Shown: positions 38,743 through 50,400, counted from the first letter of the stretch. The stretch is DNA of 64,000 nt from Deltaproteobacteria bacterium (GCA_033763315.1 JANRKS010000028.1:128001-192000); one strand, 5' to 3'. Notes: generated by a model from the letters alone, not told the origin. Translations and numbers: made by a program.

Positions 38743-40076
38743 GGCGCCACATCTCCAAGCATGCGCACCGATTGAGCGCTTCGCAGGCGACGTTGCGGAT
38801 CCCACTTGCGGCGCACCTCTTCAAAGGCGGGCAAACGGGGCTCCATGGCCCGAAAATCTTCGGCGGTGGTGAAGTTGTCTTTCGTCAAATACATGCGACC
38901 GCCCTTTTCGATCACAAACTTGTTGAGCGCCGCCACCACTGTGGCTGTGTTGCTTCGGATCGGAAGATCCACGGCGATCGACGTGCCCGGCATGGGGAAC
39001 GACAGCAACCCTCGCCCCTGCGCGCCGCAGTCCTTGATCACGCACAGCGGAGAGGCCAAGCCGAAGCCTGTCAGCAACTCAAGAAATTGCCTTGGCGCTT
39101 GCAGGCCCGCGTGTTCCGGCAACACGCACTGGTATTGCGTGAAGCCCTTCTTACCGTAGCCGCGGTTCCAATGATGAATCGCGTCCAATGGATAAAAGAA
39201 CGAATCGGGATGGACCACGCCGCGCTTCATTTTGCGGCCGTGAACACGGTAATAAAGCTCGTTGAAGGCACGCGCGGTCAAGCGGTTCAACGCCCACGAA
39301 GGCAAGTTGAACGGCAACGACAATTTGTGCTTCTCGGGCGGCGGCGCTTTAGGAGCCTCTGCGGGCGTGGCCCAACGGCCCATCATCAAGATGCCGCGGC
39401 CCATGAGCTTTCCTCGTGAAACGCAATCGATCCAGCCCATCGTCATTGGCCACGCGGGCCCCGCTTCTTTGAGGCCGCGCAAGAAATCGTCGATGCTTGG
39501 GACTTGGCGGCTTTCCATCCAGATCCACGGCGAAGCGATGCGTTCCATGCGGAACTCCACCTCAAGAATGTGACCTGTCAGGCCCATCCCTCCGATGGTG
39601 GCGTCAAACAAGTCGGTGTTCATGGACGGCGAGCATTCAACAACGTCGTTGTTGGCCAAGCGCAACTTCATCCAGGTCACGTGCTCGCCAAAGCAGCCAT
39701 TGCGGTGGTGGTTCTTACCGTGAACGTCCGAGGCCACCATGCCCCCCACGGTCACAAATTTTGTCCCGGGTGTCACGGGCGTGAACCAACCTTGGCGCAA
39801 GAACAGCCGGTTGAGTTCGTCCAGGCAAAAGCCGGCTTCGACTTTCATCAAACCGCTGACGGTATCGAACGCAAGCACGCGATCGGCCAACGGCGTTTGC
39901 ACCACTTTATCGGTTGGGGCCGCCGGCAAAGACGAATCGCCATAGGAGCGACCTAAGCCGCGGCTTAAAGCGGCGTTGACTGTATCGCGCGCGAGGTCGT
40001 CCGAAGCCACGAGCTGGCCCACACCAACCATGCGCCCCCAACTTTCGGCAGCCAGGCCCAAGGTTTTGTCAGCCAC
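38739..40076 (-). CDS. FAD-binding oxidoreductase, DprE1-like (polyprenyl-phosphoribose 2'-oxidase)
   Basis: RGLGRSYGD, VTPGTKFVTVGG.VASDVHGKNHH, TIGGMGLTG, FFYPLD...WNRGYG..GF.QYQ, GGR.YL.KD. Confidence 0.88.
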   Translation of the reverse strand: MADKTLGLAAESWGRMVGVGQLVASDDLARDTVNAALSRGLGRSYGDSSLPAAPTDKVVQTPLADRVLAFDTVSGLMKVEAGFCLDELNRLFLRQGWFTPVTPGTKFVTVGGMVASDVHGKNHHRNGCFGEHVTWMKLRLANNDVVECSPSMNTDLFDATIGGMGLTGHILEVEFRMERIASPWIWMESRQVPSIDDFLRGLKEAGPAWPMTMGWIDCVSRGKLMGRGILMMGRWATPAEAPKAPPPEKHKLSLPFNLPSWALNRLTARAFNELYYRVHGRKMKRGVVHPDSFFYPLDAIHHWNRGYGKKGFTQYQCVLPEHAGLQAPRQFLELLTGFGLASPLCVIKDCGAQGRGLLSFPMPGTSIAVDLPIRSNTATVVAALNKFVIEKGGRMYLTKDNFTTAEDFRAMEPRLPAFEEVRRKWDPQRRLRSAQSVRMLGDVAP

Positions 40077-40719
40077 GCGGTTTGCCCCCAGGCTTGGTGT
40101 TGGTTTGATCTAACTGCTCGTAAGCGTCGGTGATCGCGCGAAACAGTCGCTCGAGCAGCGTGCGAAACATGCCCAGATTCTTGCCGTAGAAGCGATCTGG
40201 GTGCAGTTCCTTCGACGCCACAAAGTAGGCTTTCTTGAGCGCCTTGTGATCGGCCGTGGGCGACACGCCCAAGAGTTCGTGGGGCGCCAGCTTCGGCAGC
40301 AGGCGCGCCGCCCGTATGAGCCGCGTCTTTAACGTGATCTCGAGATCCGGGCCGTCGATCAAGTCGGCGGGATCGACCGCGGAGCCATCATCCAAGCGAG
40401 CCAACACGGTTTGCCCCGGCGGCACGGGCGTTTTGGGTTTTGGTGACGCGGGCGCCTGTGCGGGCGGTGGCGAGCGAGGTGTTTCACCTGGGTTGTAGAT
40501 GAGCCCCGCTTGCTTAAGCTTTCGCAGGATTTCAATTGTGCCAGCCGCGCCGAGGCCAGTGACATTGCAGATCTCAGCGTAGCTCGTGTGACCATCCACG
40601 CGAGACATCACAAACCCTTCGGTGGGTGATAGCTTTACCGCGCGCAGGTCAGCCTTGGGGTTCAACAACGGCTTGGTTTTCTTGGGGCCTAAGCCCTCGA
40701 TGTCATCCGAAGCGCTCAC
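40069..40719 (-). CDS. J-domain (DnaJ-like) protein with N-terminal winged-helix-like module
   Basis: LSPTEGFVMSRVDG module; C-terminal LLGV....LKKAY...SKELHPDRF with intact HPD; GTGA overlap with argF. Confidence 0.8.
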   Translation of the reverse strand: MSASDDIEGLGPKKTKPLLNPKADLRAVKLSPTEGFVMSRVDGHTSYAEICNVTGLGAAGTIEILRKLKQAGLIYNPGETPRSPPPAQAPASPKPKTPVPPGQTVLARLDDGSAVDPADLIDGPDLEITLKTRLIRAARLLPKLAPHELLGVSPTADHKALKKAYFVASKELHPDRFYGKNLGMFRTLLERLFRAITDAYEQLDQTNTKPGGKPRG

Positions 40720-41681
40720 GGGCGGGGTAGTAAAAATTCCAGCAACGCTTTTTGCGCGTGCAAACGGTTCTCGGCCTGGCGCCACACATGGCTTTGCGGG
40801 CCTTCGAACACTTCTTCAGTGATCTCTTCGCCCCTGTGTGCGGGCAAGCAGTGCAACACCATCGCGTTGGGTGACGCCAGCTTCATCAAAGCGCCGTCCA
40901 AACAATAACCGGCAAAATCTTTCAGGCGCTGCTCTGTTTCCGCCTCTTGCCCCATCGACGTGAACACGTCAGTGGAGATCACATCGCGGTCCGCCACCGC
41001 TTCTTTCGGATCGGAGACCACGGTGATTTTTGCAGCGGCGTTGGCGCGCGCCTTCGCCAAGATGGCGGCATCTGGTTGATAGTTCGGCGGGCAAGCCAGC
41101 ATAAGATCAAGACCAAGCAAGCCTGCCGCTTCGATCCAGCTGTTGGCCATGTTGTTGCCATCGCCAAGCCACGCATATTTGCGCGCGCTTAAGATAGCGG
41201 CCGCATCCAACGAGCCCAGGCCCACGCCGCGGGCAGCGCCAAAGTGCCCAAGCACGGTCTGCAGATCCGCCAACAGCTGGCAGGGGTGCAGAAGATCGGT
41301 GAGGCCATTGATCACAGGCACCGTCGCATACTGGGCCAACTCTTGCGCCACCTCATGACCGAACGTGCGAATCATGATCGCGTGGCAATAACCTGAAAGC
41401 ACCCGCGCCGTATCTTTGACGGGCTCACCACGGCCCAATTGCGAACCGTCACGGCCCAACACCACCGCGAAGCCCCCCAGTTCGGCGACGCCAACCTCGA
41501 AACTCACGCGCGTGCGTGTGCTGGCTTTTTCAAAAACAAGCGCCACCACGGAGCCAGGGCGCGAAGCCGCAGCCGTACGCGTGCTGCGCAAAAACCGCAG
41601 CTCTTCAGCGCGCAGGAGCAACCCGCACAGCTCATTGGCGGTGACGTCGTCAAACCCTAAGAAGTCGCGTTTAGGCGCCAT
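40716..41681 (-). CDS. argF: Ornithine carbamoyltransferase
   Basis: STRTR, HPCQ, GDGNN, SMG, HCLP, QAENR. Confidence 0.96.
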   Translation of the reverse strand: MAPKRDFLGFDDVTANELCGLLLRAEELRFLRSTRTAAASRPGSVVALVFEKASTRTRVSFEVGVAELGGFAVVLGRDGSQLGRGEPVKDTARVLSGYCHAIMIRTFGHEVAQELAQYATVPVINGLTDLLHPCQLLADLQTVLGHFGAARGVGLGSLDAAAILSARKYAWLGDGNNMANSWIEAAGLLGLDLMLACPPNYQPDAAILAKARANAAAKITVVSDPKEAVADRDVISTDVFTSMGQEAETEQRLKDFAGYCLDGALMKLASPNAMVLHCLPAHRGEEITEEVFEGPQSHVWRQAENRLHAQKALLEFLLPRP

Positions 41682-41694
41682 GAATTTTCGATCC

Positions 41695-42903
41695 TTATGA
41701 AGCGGCGCTGAGGACAGCGTTCAAAATGCCCACAGCTTCATCAATTTCAGCTTTGGTGACCAGCAACGCGGGCACGAAGCGAACCACCTTGCCGCCCGCC
41801 ACGCTTAACAACAGGCCACGTTCGCGTGCTTGCGCCACGATGGGGGCCGCGTCGCCCGCCATCACCAAACCCTGCAACAAACCCCGCCCGCGTGCGGCGG
41901 TGGTTTTCGGATAATGCGCAGCGGCCAAGCGTGCCAGTTCACCATTTAGGTAGGCGCCCATCGCTTGCACGTTCTGCAGCAGCCCCAAGTCATCAATCGC
42001 GTGTTGCACATAAAGCGCGGCCGCGCTGGCCAGCGGGTTGCCACCAAACGTTGAGGCATGCACGCCAGGCTCGAACGCACGCGACACCTCAGGTGACGCC
42101 AACATCGCCCCCATCGGCACGCCGCCGGCGATGCCTTTGGCCAGCGTGATCACGTCAGGCACCATGTTCTCTTGCTCGAACGCATAAAAGGTGCCCGTAC
42201 GGCCCACGCCTGTTTGCACTTCGTCAAAGATCAACAACGCACCGGCCGCGTCGCAGGCCTGCCGCAACTGCAACAAATAACCGGGCGGCGGGACCAAGAT
42301 GCCGCCTTCAGCCGCGATGGGCTCCACGATCACGGCGCACGTGTTCGGCCCCAGGTGTACCTTCACTGCGTCCAAGTTGCCGTAGGGCACGAACGTGACG
42401 CCGGGCACGAGAGGGCCAAAGCCTTCCCGGTATTTGGTTTGTCCCGTCACCGACAACGCGCCCATCGTGCGGCCGTGGAAACTGCCTTCAAACGCGATAA
42501 TCTCGGTCCGGTTCGGCTGCTGCTTGCAAGTCACCTGGTACCGACGCGCGATCTTGAGGGCCGCCTCGTTGGCCTCTGCGCCCGAGTTACAGAAAAACGC
42601 ACGGCCTGCAAAAGCACGCTTGGCCAAGGCCTCGGCGAACAACACCTGCGTCTCGACGTAATAAAGGTTCGAGGTGTGGATGAGGCGCGAGGCTTGGCTG
42701 GCAATGGCGTCGGCCAAGCCCCTGTGGCCGTGGCCCAAGGCACACACGGCAATGCCCGCAGTCATATCTAAATAGCGACGGCCTTCGGTGTCCCACAAAA
42801 CACAGCCTTCACCACGGCTCATCACGATGGGTGATTGCCGGTAGTTTTGCAGGAGCAGCTTTTCCGCTGCGCCGATGAGCTCTTGCGCGTGGGTGTTCGA
42901 CAT
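41695..42903 (-). CDS. argD: Acetylornithine aminotransferase
   Basis: NSGAEANE, FHGRT, DEVQTG.GRTG, AKG..GG, STFGGNP; adjacent to argF. Confidence 0.93.
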   Translation of the reverse strand: MSNTHAQELIGAAEKLLLQNYRQSPIVMSRGEGCVLWDTEGRRYLDMTAGIAVCALGHGHRGLADAIASQASRLIHTSNLYYVETQVLFAEALAKRAFAGRAFFCNSGAEANEAALKIARRYQVTCKQQPNRTEIIAFEGSFHGRTMGALSVTGQTKYREGFGPLVPGVTFVPYGNLDAVKVHLGPNTCAVIVEPIAAEGGILVPPPGYLLQLRQACDAAGALLIFDEVQTGVGRTGTFYAFEQENMVPDVITLAKGIAGGVPMGAMLASPEVSRAFEPGVHASTFGGNPLASAAALYVQHAIDDLGLLQNVQAMGAYLNGELARLAAAHYPKTTAARGRGLLQGLVMAGDAAPIVAQARERGLLLSVAGGKVVRFVPALLVTKAEIDEAVGILNAVLSAAS

Positions 42904-43009
42904 TGGAGCCCAGCAAAATACCAGAATCCGCGGCCACCGAAAGCCAACGACCACGCAACAGCTGGTTTAATGTGACCGCAAAGGTATGACCGGTGTTGTG
43001 CAGAGCCGG

Positions 43010-43018
43010 TGCTAGACT
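43010..43018 (+). promoter_or_regulatory. Extended -10 element (TGcTAGACT), likely leaderless ECF transcript
   Basis: 7 nt before GTG 43026; no SD. Confidence 0.5.
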
Positions 43019-43025
43019 TGGGCAA

Positions 43026-43622
43026 GTGGCCGCGACGCTTAGCCGCAAAGAGGTGGAAGCGCTGTTCCGCACCTATGGACCATTGGTGCGGCGGCGGGCG
43101 CGCAGCATCTTAGGCAATGATTCCGAAGCCGACGACGCCACCTCGGAAGTGTTCGTCAAGGTCTTGTTGCGCCTCGATGATTTTCGGGGTGAGAGCCAGC
43201 CATCCACGTGGCTTTACCGCATCACCACCAATTTGTGCCTAAACCGCATCCGGGACGAAAAGCGGCACCGCGCCCGTCTCGAAGAGCTGGGGGAGGCCAG
43301 GCAAGCCCACATCGCCGCTGAGCGGCCGGCCACCGGTGGGCCCGAAGGCCGCCTGGCGCTGCAGGTGTTGTTGCAGACGATCCCAGCCGATCTGGCAGAG
43401 GTCGCGGTGTACTACCATGTGGACGGCATGGAGCAGGAGGAGATTGCCGCTGTGATGGGCGTGGCGCGCCGAACCATAGGATATCGTTTGGAAAGATTCC
43501 GCGAGGAGGCTCGCAAACACCTTGGCATGGACGCGCTTGGTGATGGCTTCAAACAATCTATATCTTCGGTTGATCCCGTTGCCGTGGATCCACCGCTTGG
43601 GGGTCCAAAGCCCCAGGAATAG
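43026..43622 (+). CDS. ECF RNA polymerase sigma factor
   Basis: Region 2 ADDATSEVF...FRGES..STWLYRI..N.C.N..R; region 4 GM...EIA..MGV.RRT. Confidence 0.92.
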   Translation: MAATLSRKEVEALFRTYGPLVRRRARSILGNDSEADDATSEVFVKVLLRLDDFRGESQPSTWLYRITTNLCLNRIRDEKRHRARLEELGEARQAHIAAERPATGGPEGRLALQVLLQTIPADLAEVAVYYHVDGMEQEEIAAVMGVARRTIGYRLERFREEARKHLGMDALGDGFKQSISSVDPVAVDPPLGGPKPQE

Positions 43623-43629
43623 CTGGCAC

Positions 43630-44436
43630 ATGCAAACGAAGAACGAAGCCGCAGGGGGGGCACGTCGGGTGGGGCGCGAATGCCTTTCGGACTTGCAGCT
43701 CGACCAGATGGAGCTGGGAGAGTTGGATGGCGTGACGAACGATCGCGCCCGCTTGCACCTGGCCCAGTGTGGCGTGTGCAAAGAAGCGTGGGAAGCCCTG
43801 GTGGCCGACCGACGCGCGTTCGCCGAAGCGGTGGACGTGCCTCGTGTGGCGGCGCGCATCGTGGCCACAGCTTATCCTTCGGGTGGTCGGGTAAAACGCT
43901 GGTTGCGCGGTCTGGCTTTGCCCGCAGCTTTGGCCGCCGCGGCGGCTTCGGCGCTTGTGTTGTTGGCGCAGCCGCTCAAACTCGCACCCACAGAACGCAT
44001 CAAAGGTGGAGCAGGCGCGGTGACCTTGGCCACATACGTAAAGTACGCGGGTCATGAACAACCCGGCAGCCTTTATATGGGGGAGCCACTGAGGGTGGGC
44101 GACCGTGTGCAGTTTCGGATCAGCACGGCCGCGCCGGGACATCTGGCGATCCTTTCGATTGATGGCCGGGGCGATGTGTCCGTGTTCTACCCGTCAGGTT
44201 CCACCACGGCGTCGGTGGGTGCTGGCAAGGATCAGCCGCTTGGCAACGCTGTGGAGCTCGACGAAAGCGAAGGCACGGAGACGGTTGTGGCGTTGTTGTG
44301 TGAAGCCGAACGTCCGCTGGCCGATCTCGTCACAGCGGCGCGCAAGGCGGCCACACAAGGCGCGGTGCCGGCGCCCTTGCACACAGGTTGCGTGGAAACA
44401 CGCACAACACTGACGAAAGCGACGCCGTCGCGCTGA
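43630..44436 (+). CDS. Zinc anti-sigma factor (ZAS) with TM helix and periplasmic DUF4384-like domain
   Basis: C...HLAQCGVC zinc motif, one TM, then ERIKGG and L..GD.V.F....G.L.I..ID..G.V...YP. Confidence 0.82.
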   Translation: MQTKNEAAGGARRVGRECLSDLQLDQMELGELDGVTNDRARLHLAQCGVCKEAWEALVADRRAFAEAVDVPRVAARIVATAYPSGGRVKRWLRGLALPAALAAAAASALVLLAQPLKLAPTERIKGGAGAVTLATYVKYAGHEQPGSLYMGEPLRVGDRVQFRISTAAPGHLAILSIDGRGDVSVFYPSGSTTASVGAGKDQPLGNAVELDESEGTETVVALLCEAERPLADLVTAARKAATQGAVPAPLHTGCVETRTTLTKATPSR

Positions 44437-44452
44437 CCGCGGCCGCGCTAAC

Positions 44453-46063
44453 ATGAAGGCTGTGGTTGCTCGCCTGACCCGTCGCTGCCTTGTTCTGCTC
44501 GCGTTCGCGCTGGCGTGGGGCAGGATGCAACCCGCTCATGGGGCCGTGCAACGTTACGCTCTGTTGATCGGCGTTAACGAAGGCCACGCACAAGATCCCC
44601 GTCTGCAGTTCGCTGAATCCGACGTAGACAATGTGGCGCAAACGCTGGAAGCGGTGGGCGGCTTTCGCAGCGATCGCATCGTGCGGCTGAAAAATGCGAC
44701 GGCTGAACAAACGCGCAACGCTGTCGTCGACTTGAACCTCTTGATCCAGCGCGACGTCAACGCAGGCACCGAAGCGGTGTTGTTCGTGTATTTTTCGGGC
44801 CACGGCGCCGGGGGCGAGCTGCACATGCGCGGCACCACGCTGGCCACGGAAGAGTTATCGAAGCTCGTGAAGCTTTCGGCGGCGAAGCTCAAGCTTTTGA
44901 TGCTGGACGCGTGCCGCGCGGGGTCGCTCACGCGGGTCAAAGGCGGGCGGCAAGTGGCCCCATTTCAGATCGGCATGGCGGAGCAGCTGCGCAACGAAGG
45001 CTTCGCCATCATCACGTCTTCAGCAGCGGGTGAAGACGCCCAAGAATCCGATACGTTGCAGTCATCGGTGTTCACGCATCACTTCTTGGGCGGCCTGCGC
45101 GGCTTGGCCGATGCCAACCGGGACGGCCTTGTGACCTTGGGTGAAGCTTATGGCTACGCCTATGCGCAATCGTTGCGCAGCTCGATGACAACGGTCGTTG
45201 GTTCGCAACACGCCACGTTCGATTACGACTTGCGCGGCCGCGCCGATCCCGTGTTGGCGAATCTCAATGCCGCGCACGCTGAGGCCGAGCTGGTGTTGCG
45301 CGATCCGGGGGATTACTTGATCGCGCCCGCGTCGGGCCCTGGCGCCTTGGTGGAGGCACACGCCACCGAAAACAATACGCGTTTGCGCTTACCGGCGGGA
45401 ACCTATGGCGTTCGCATGCGTACGCCTCGCCGCATCTTGCAAACGGATGTGGCGCTGACCGCAGCCCACAGCACATGGCTCACCGCGGACGAGATGACCG
45501 CATTGCCGCCGGCTTTGGCCGTTCGCAAAGGCGAAGTGGCGGCCACGCTCGTGCATGGCCCTTCGCTGGCTGGATCGATGCACGGGCCGGTGGCCAATGG
45601 TTTTTCCTCGACGGTGGGGGCTCAACTCGGATGGGCGTTCGAGTTTCCCAGCATAACGGTGATGCCACGCTTCGGTTTGGGACGCGCCGAGCCCGTTCGT
45701 TTGCCGGAGCAGATCCTATCGCATGAGCTCACCGAGTTGAGCCTCGATGTGGCCGCGCTTTATGTGTTTGATCTGGCGGGCGTGTCCGTGGCGCCGCTGG
45801 CGGCCCTCGGCTCGGCTATGTTCTCGCAAACGATCGAACGCCTGGATGGCAGCACCACCGCGCGGCCGTGGGCGTTGATGACCAGCGTCGGTGCCTGGGC
45901 CAACTGGCCGCTGGCCAAAGGCTTTTCGCTTGAAACCAGCGCTGAATTGGCGGCGTTCTTCGTACGTCGGCAAAGCGAAAATAACGCCGCCGGCGTAACG
46001 TCAACGCCGCAGTCCGGCTCGGCCACGTATCGCGTGTCCGTGGGTTTAGGCTACCGGTACTAA
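44453..46063 (+). CDS. Exported caspase-like (peptidase C14) protein with C-terminal beta-barrel
   Basis: Signal peptide; RYALLIG.N, YFSGHG (H117), LDACR (C154), AQES, S.FTH; amphipathic beta-strands ending VGLGYRY. Confidence 0.88.
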   Translation: MKAVVARLTRRCLVLLAFALAWGRMQPAHGAVQRYALLIGVNEGHAQDPRLQFAESDVDNVAQTLEAVGGFRSDRIVRLKNATAEQTRNAVVDLNLLIQRDVNAGTEAVLFVYFSGHGAGGELHMRGTTLATEELSKLVKLSAAKLKLLMLDACRAGSLTRVKGGRQVAPFQIGMAEQLRNEGFAIITSSAAGEDAQESDTLQSSVFTHHFLGGLRGLADANRDGLVTLGEAYGYAYAQSLRSSMTTVVGSQHATFDYDLRGRADPVLANLNAAHAEAELVLRDPGDYLIAPASGPGALVEAHATENNTRLRLPAGTYGVRMRTPRRILQTDVALTAAHSTWLTADEMTALPPALAVRKGEVAATLVHGPSLAGSMHGPVANGFSSTVGAQLGWAFEFPSITVMPRFGLGRAEPVRLPEQILSHELTELSLDVAALYVFDLAGVSVAPLAALGSAMFSQTIERLDGSTTARPWALMTSVGAWANWPLAKGFSLETSAELAAFFVRRQSENNAAGVTSTPQSGSATYRVSVGLGYRY

Positions 46064-46095
46064 CAAGACCCGTCTGCTAGGTTTGGACGGCGCTC

Positions 46096-47373
<1,278 letters not shown>

Positions 47374-47440
47374 AGGTGGCAAGAACCTAAACGCAGCCCG
47401 TCCTTGACACGCCAGGCGCGAAAGTGCGTCACTACCCGCT

Positions 47441-50400
47441 ATGGCCTCTGTTTGGCAAGCGTTAGGGCGTTTCTTTCGAGCGATCTTTGGGCAATGGCAA
47501 CCACCACCGTGGGCCGTGTTTCTGGGCAACAAAACCCGGCAAGGCGGACGGTGGGCGACGCAACACAAGCGCGCTTCTGCGGTTTCATTGCTGCTGTTGA
47601 TCGGCCTCGGTGCGGGTGGCTTCTTCGGCTATCGCGCTTGGAAGAGCCGTCCGCAACCCGAGCTTGTGCAAGTGTCGCTCAACCCGCCCGGCCTCACGGT
47701 GTTGCAAGAACATCTGCAGCCCCAGCCCTTGACGGTTGAGTTCGAAAGATCCGTCGCGCCATTGGCCGCGGTCGATAAAGTTCTGAAGGCCGGCGTGGCC
47801 CTTTCACCACGCGTGCCGGGCACGTGGAAGTGGATCTCGGATCGCCAGCTCGCGTTTACGCCAAAAACCGATTGGCCCGTGGGGCAAGAAATCGCGGTCA
47901 CCTTTGACAAGAAGGGCTTCGTCGCTCCGCACATCAAGCTCAAAGAATACCAACTGACGTTCAAGACGGCGCCCTTCGAGGTGCAGCTTGAACAAAGTGA
48001 GTTCTACCAAGATCCTGCCAACCCCTCATTGAAGAAGGCTGTGGCGACCTTTGCTTTCAGTCACGCCGTAAACACAGACACCTTTGCTCAGAACCTCAAG
48101 CTCACGTTCGAACCCTCGAACAAGGAAGAAGCTGCGTTCGCACCCGCCTTTCACATCACATACGACAAGCTAAAGGGCAAAGCGTTCGTGCACTCGGATC
48201 CGTTGCCGGTGCCCCAGAAGGACGCGACCGTGGTGTTGACGCTCAAACCAGGCACACGTGCGGCGGCCGGGGGGCCTGGCAAAGACACAGAGGTGGTGGG
48301 CCGCGTGGCAGTGCCCGGCCTCTACAACTTCTTTCGCATCGCAAACGTCTACACGCAGGTGGTGGACAACCCGCGCATGGAGCCAGAACAGATCTTGTTC
48401 TTCGACACTTCGACCGGCGTGGCCAACAAAGAACTGACCGCGAACATCGAGGTGTGGACCTTGCCCGTCTACCACCCCACCGAACAAACGACACCCGAGA
48501 GCCGCAGCTCGCCTTACCGCTGGAGCAGCCCCGAAATGATCTCGCCCGCCATCTTAAAGGGCGGCCAGAAGTTGAAGCTGCAAGCCTTGCCTACGGTGCG
48601 GGAGTACGATGTGCAGCACACTTACCGGCACGAAGCGCCGATCGGTCGCTTTCTTTATGTGCAAGTGAAGAAGGGCGTCAAAGCGTTCGGCGGCTACCTG
48701 TTGGGCGACACGCAGACCTTCATCGTGGAGGTGCCGCCCTTTCCTCGCCAGTTGAAGATCATGCACTCAGGCGCGCTGTTGGCCAGCAGCGGTGATCGCA
48801 AAGTCAGCGTTTTCACGCGCGACGTGCCGCAAATCAAATTGCAGGTCGCACGCATTTTGCCGTCACAGATCCAGCATCTGGTGGCGAGGAGCCATGGCTC
48901 GTTCGCGCAACCGTCATTCTCGTGGGATTTCGATCTCGAGAACATGGCGCAGTTTCAAGATGAGACGCGCACGTTGGCGCAAACCCCAGGAAAACCTGTG
49001 TATGAGACGTTGGATCTGACGCCCTATTTGCCCAAAGAGGGTCCGCGCCGCGGGCTGTTTCACATCAAAGTGCAAAGCTGGAAAGACAGCTACGCGCTGG
49101 GAGAATCAGATGAGCGCTTCATCTTGCTTTCGGATCTGGGCGTGTTCGTCAAGCGCACCGTATCGGGTACGCGAAGTGTGTTTGTGCAGAGCATCGCGGC
49201 GGGCACGCCTGTGGCGGACGCGCAGGTGGAAGTGCTCGGCAAAAACGGCATGGTGGTGGCGCGCGCGCGCACGGGGGCCGATGGCAAAGCCGAACTTGCG
49301 AACCTCGAATCGCTGCGCGCGGAAAAGTCACCGGTGCTTGTGCTCGTGAACGCCGGCAACGACACTTCATTTTTGCCGTGGGACCGCCGCGATCGCGAGA
49401 TGGACGTGTCGCGCTTTGACGTGGGCGGCGTGGCTGAAAGCGAAGAGGCCGGCAAATTGGCCGCGTACGGTTTCTCAGATCGCACGCTTTACCGCCCGCA
49501 AGAAACGTTTCACGTGGGCTTCATCGTGCGCAGCCAAGACTGGGCGGCCAACTACAACGGCTTGCCGTTGGTGGCCACAATCACCGATCCACGCGGCATG
49601 GAGGTCAAAAGTGAACCGGTGACGTTGGACGCCTCGGGCTTCGCGGCGATTGATTACACCACAAGGTACACGGCACCCACGGGCAGCTATGCGGTAAACC
49701 TTTATCTGGTGAAAAAGGGCGTGCCCAGCGATCTGCTGGGCTCCACCACGGTGCAGGTACGCGAATTCTTGCCGGATCGAATGACCATCAAGGTTGAATT
49801 GACGAAACAGAACACCGGCGGCTGGACCACCGCACAGGATCTGGATGCCAAGGTAACGCTGACAAATCTTTACGGCACGCCCGCATCGAACAAACGCGTG
49901 GTGACGCGGATTTCCCTTACACCTGGGATTCCAAGTGTGCGCGGCATGCCGGGCTTTCGGTTCTACGATCCATTGAAGCCAAACGATCCGGTGCAAGAGA
50001 CACTGGCCGCGGAACACACGAACGATGACGGAACTGCCGAGATTAAACTGAACCTGCAGCGCTTTGCGCCCGCCACGTACCGCTTGAGCGTGATGGCCGA
50101 AGGCTTTGAGGGCGAAGGCGGACGCAGCGTGGCCGCCGAGGCGACAACGTTCGTGTCGCCTTTGCCTTACATGATTGGCTACAAAACCGAAGGCGACCTT
50201 TCCTACTTGCACATGGGCTCGGCGCAAGTCGTGCTGCTCGCAGCGGCCTCGCCCGAAGGCGAGCGGATGAGCGTGGGTGGCCTGACGCAAGTGCTCCTGG
50301 AACGAACGTACGTCTCTGCTTTGGTGAAGCAAGCGAACGGCACATACCGCTATGAATCCGTGGGCAAGGATGTGGAACGCTCGCGCAAGCCCTTGCAGTT

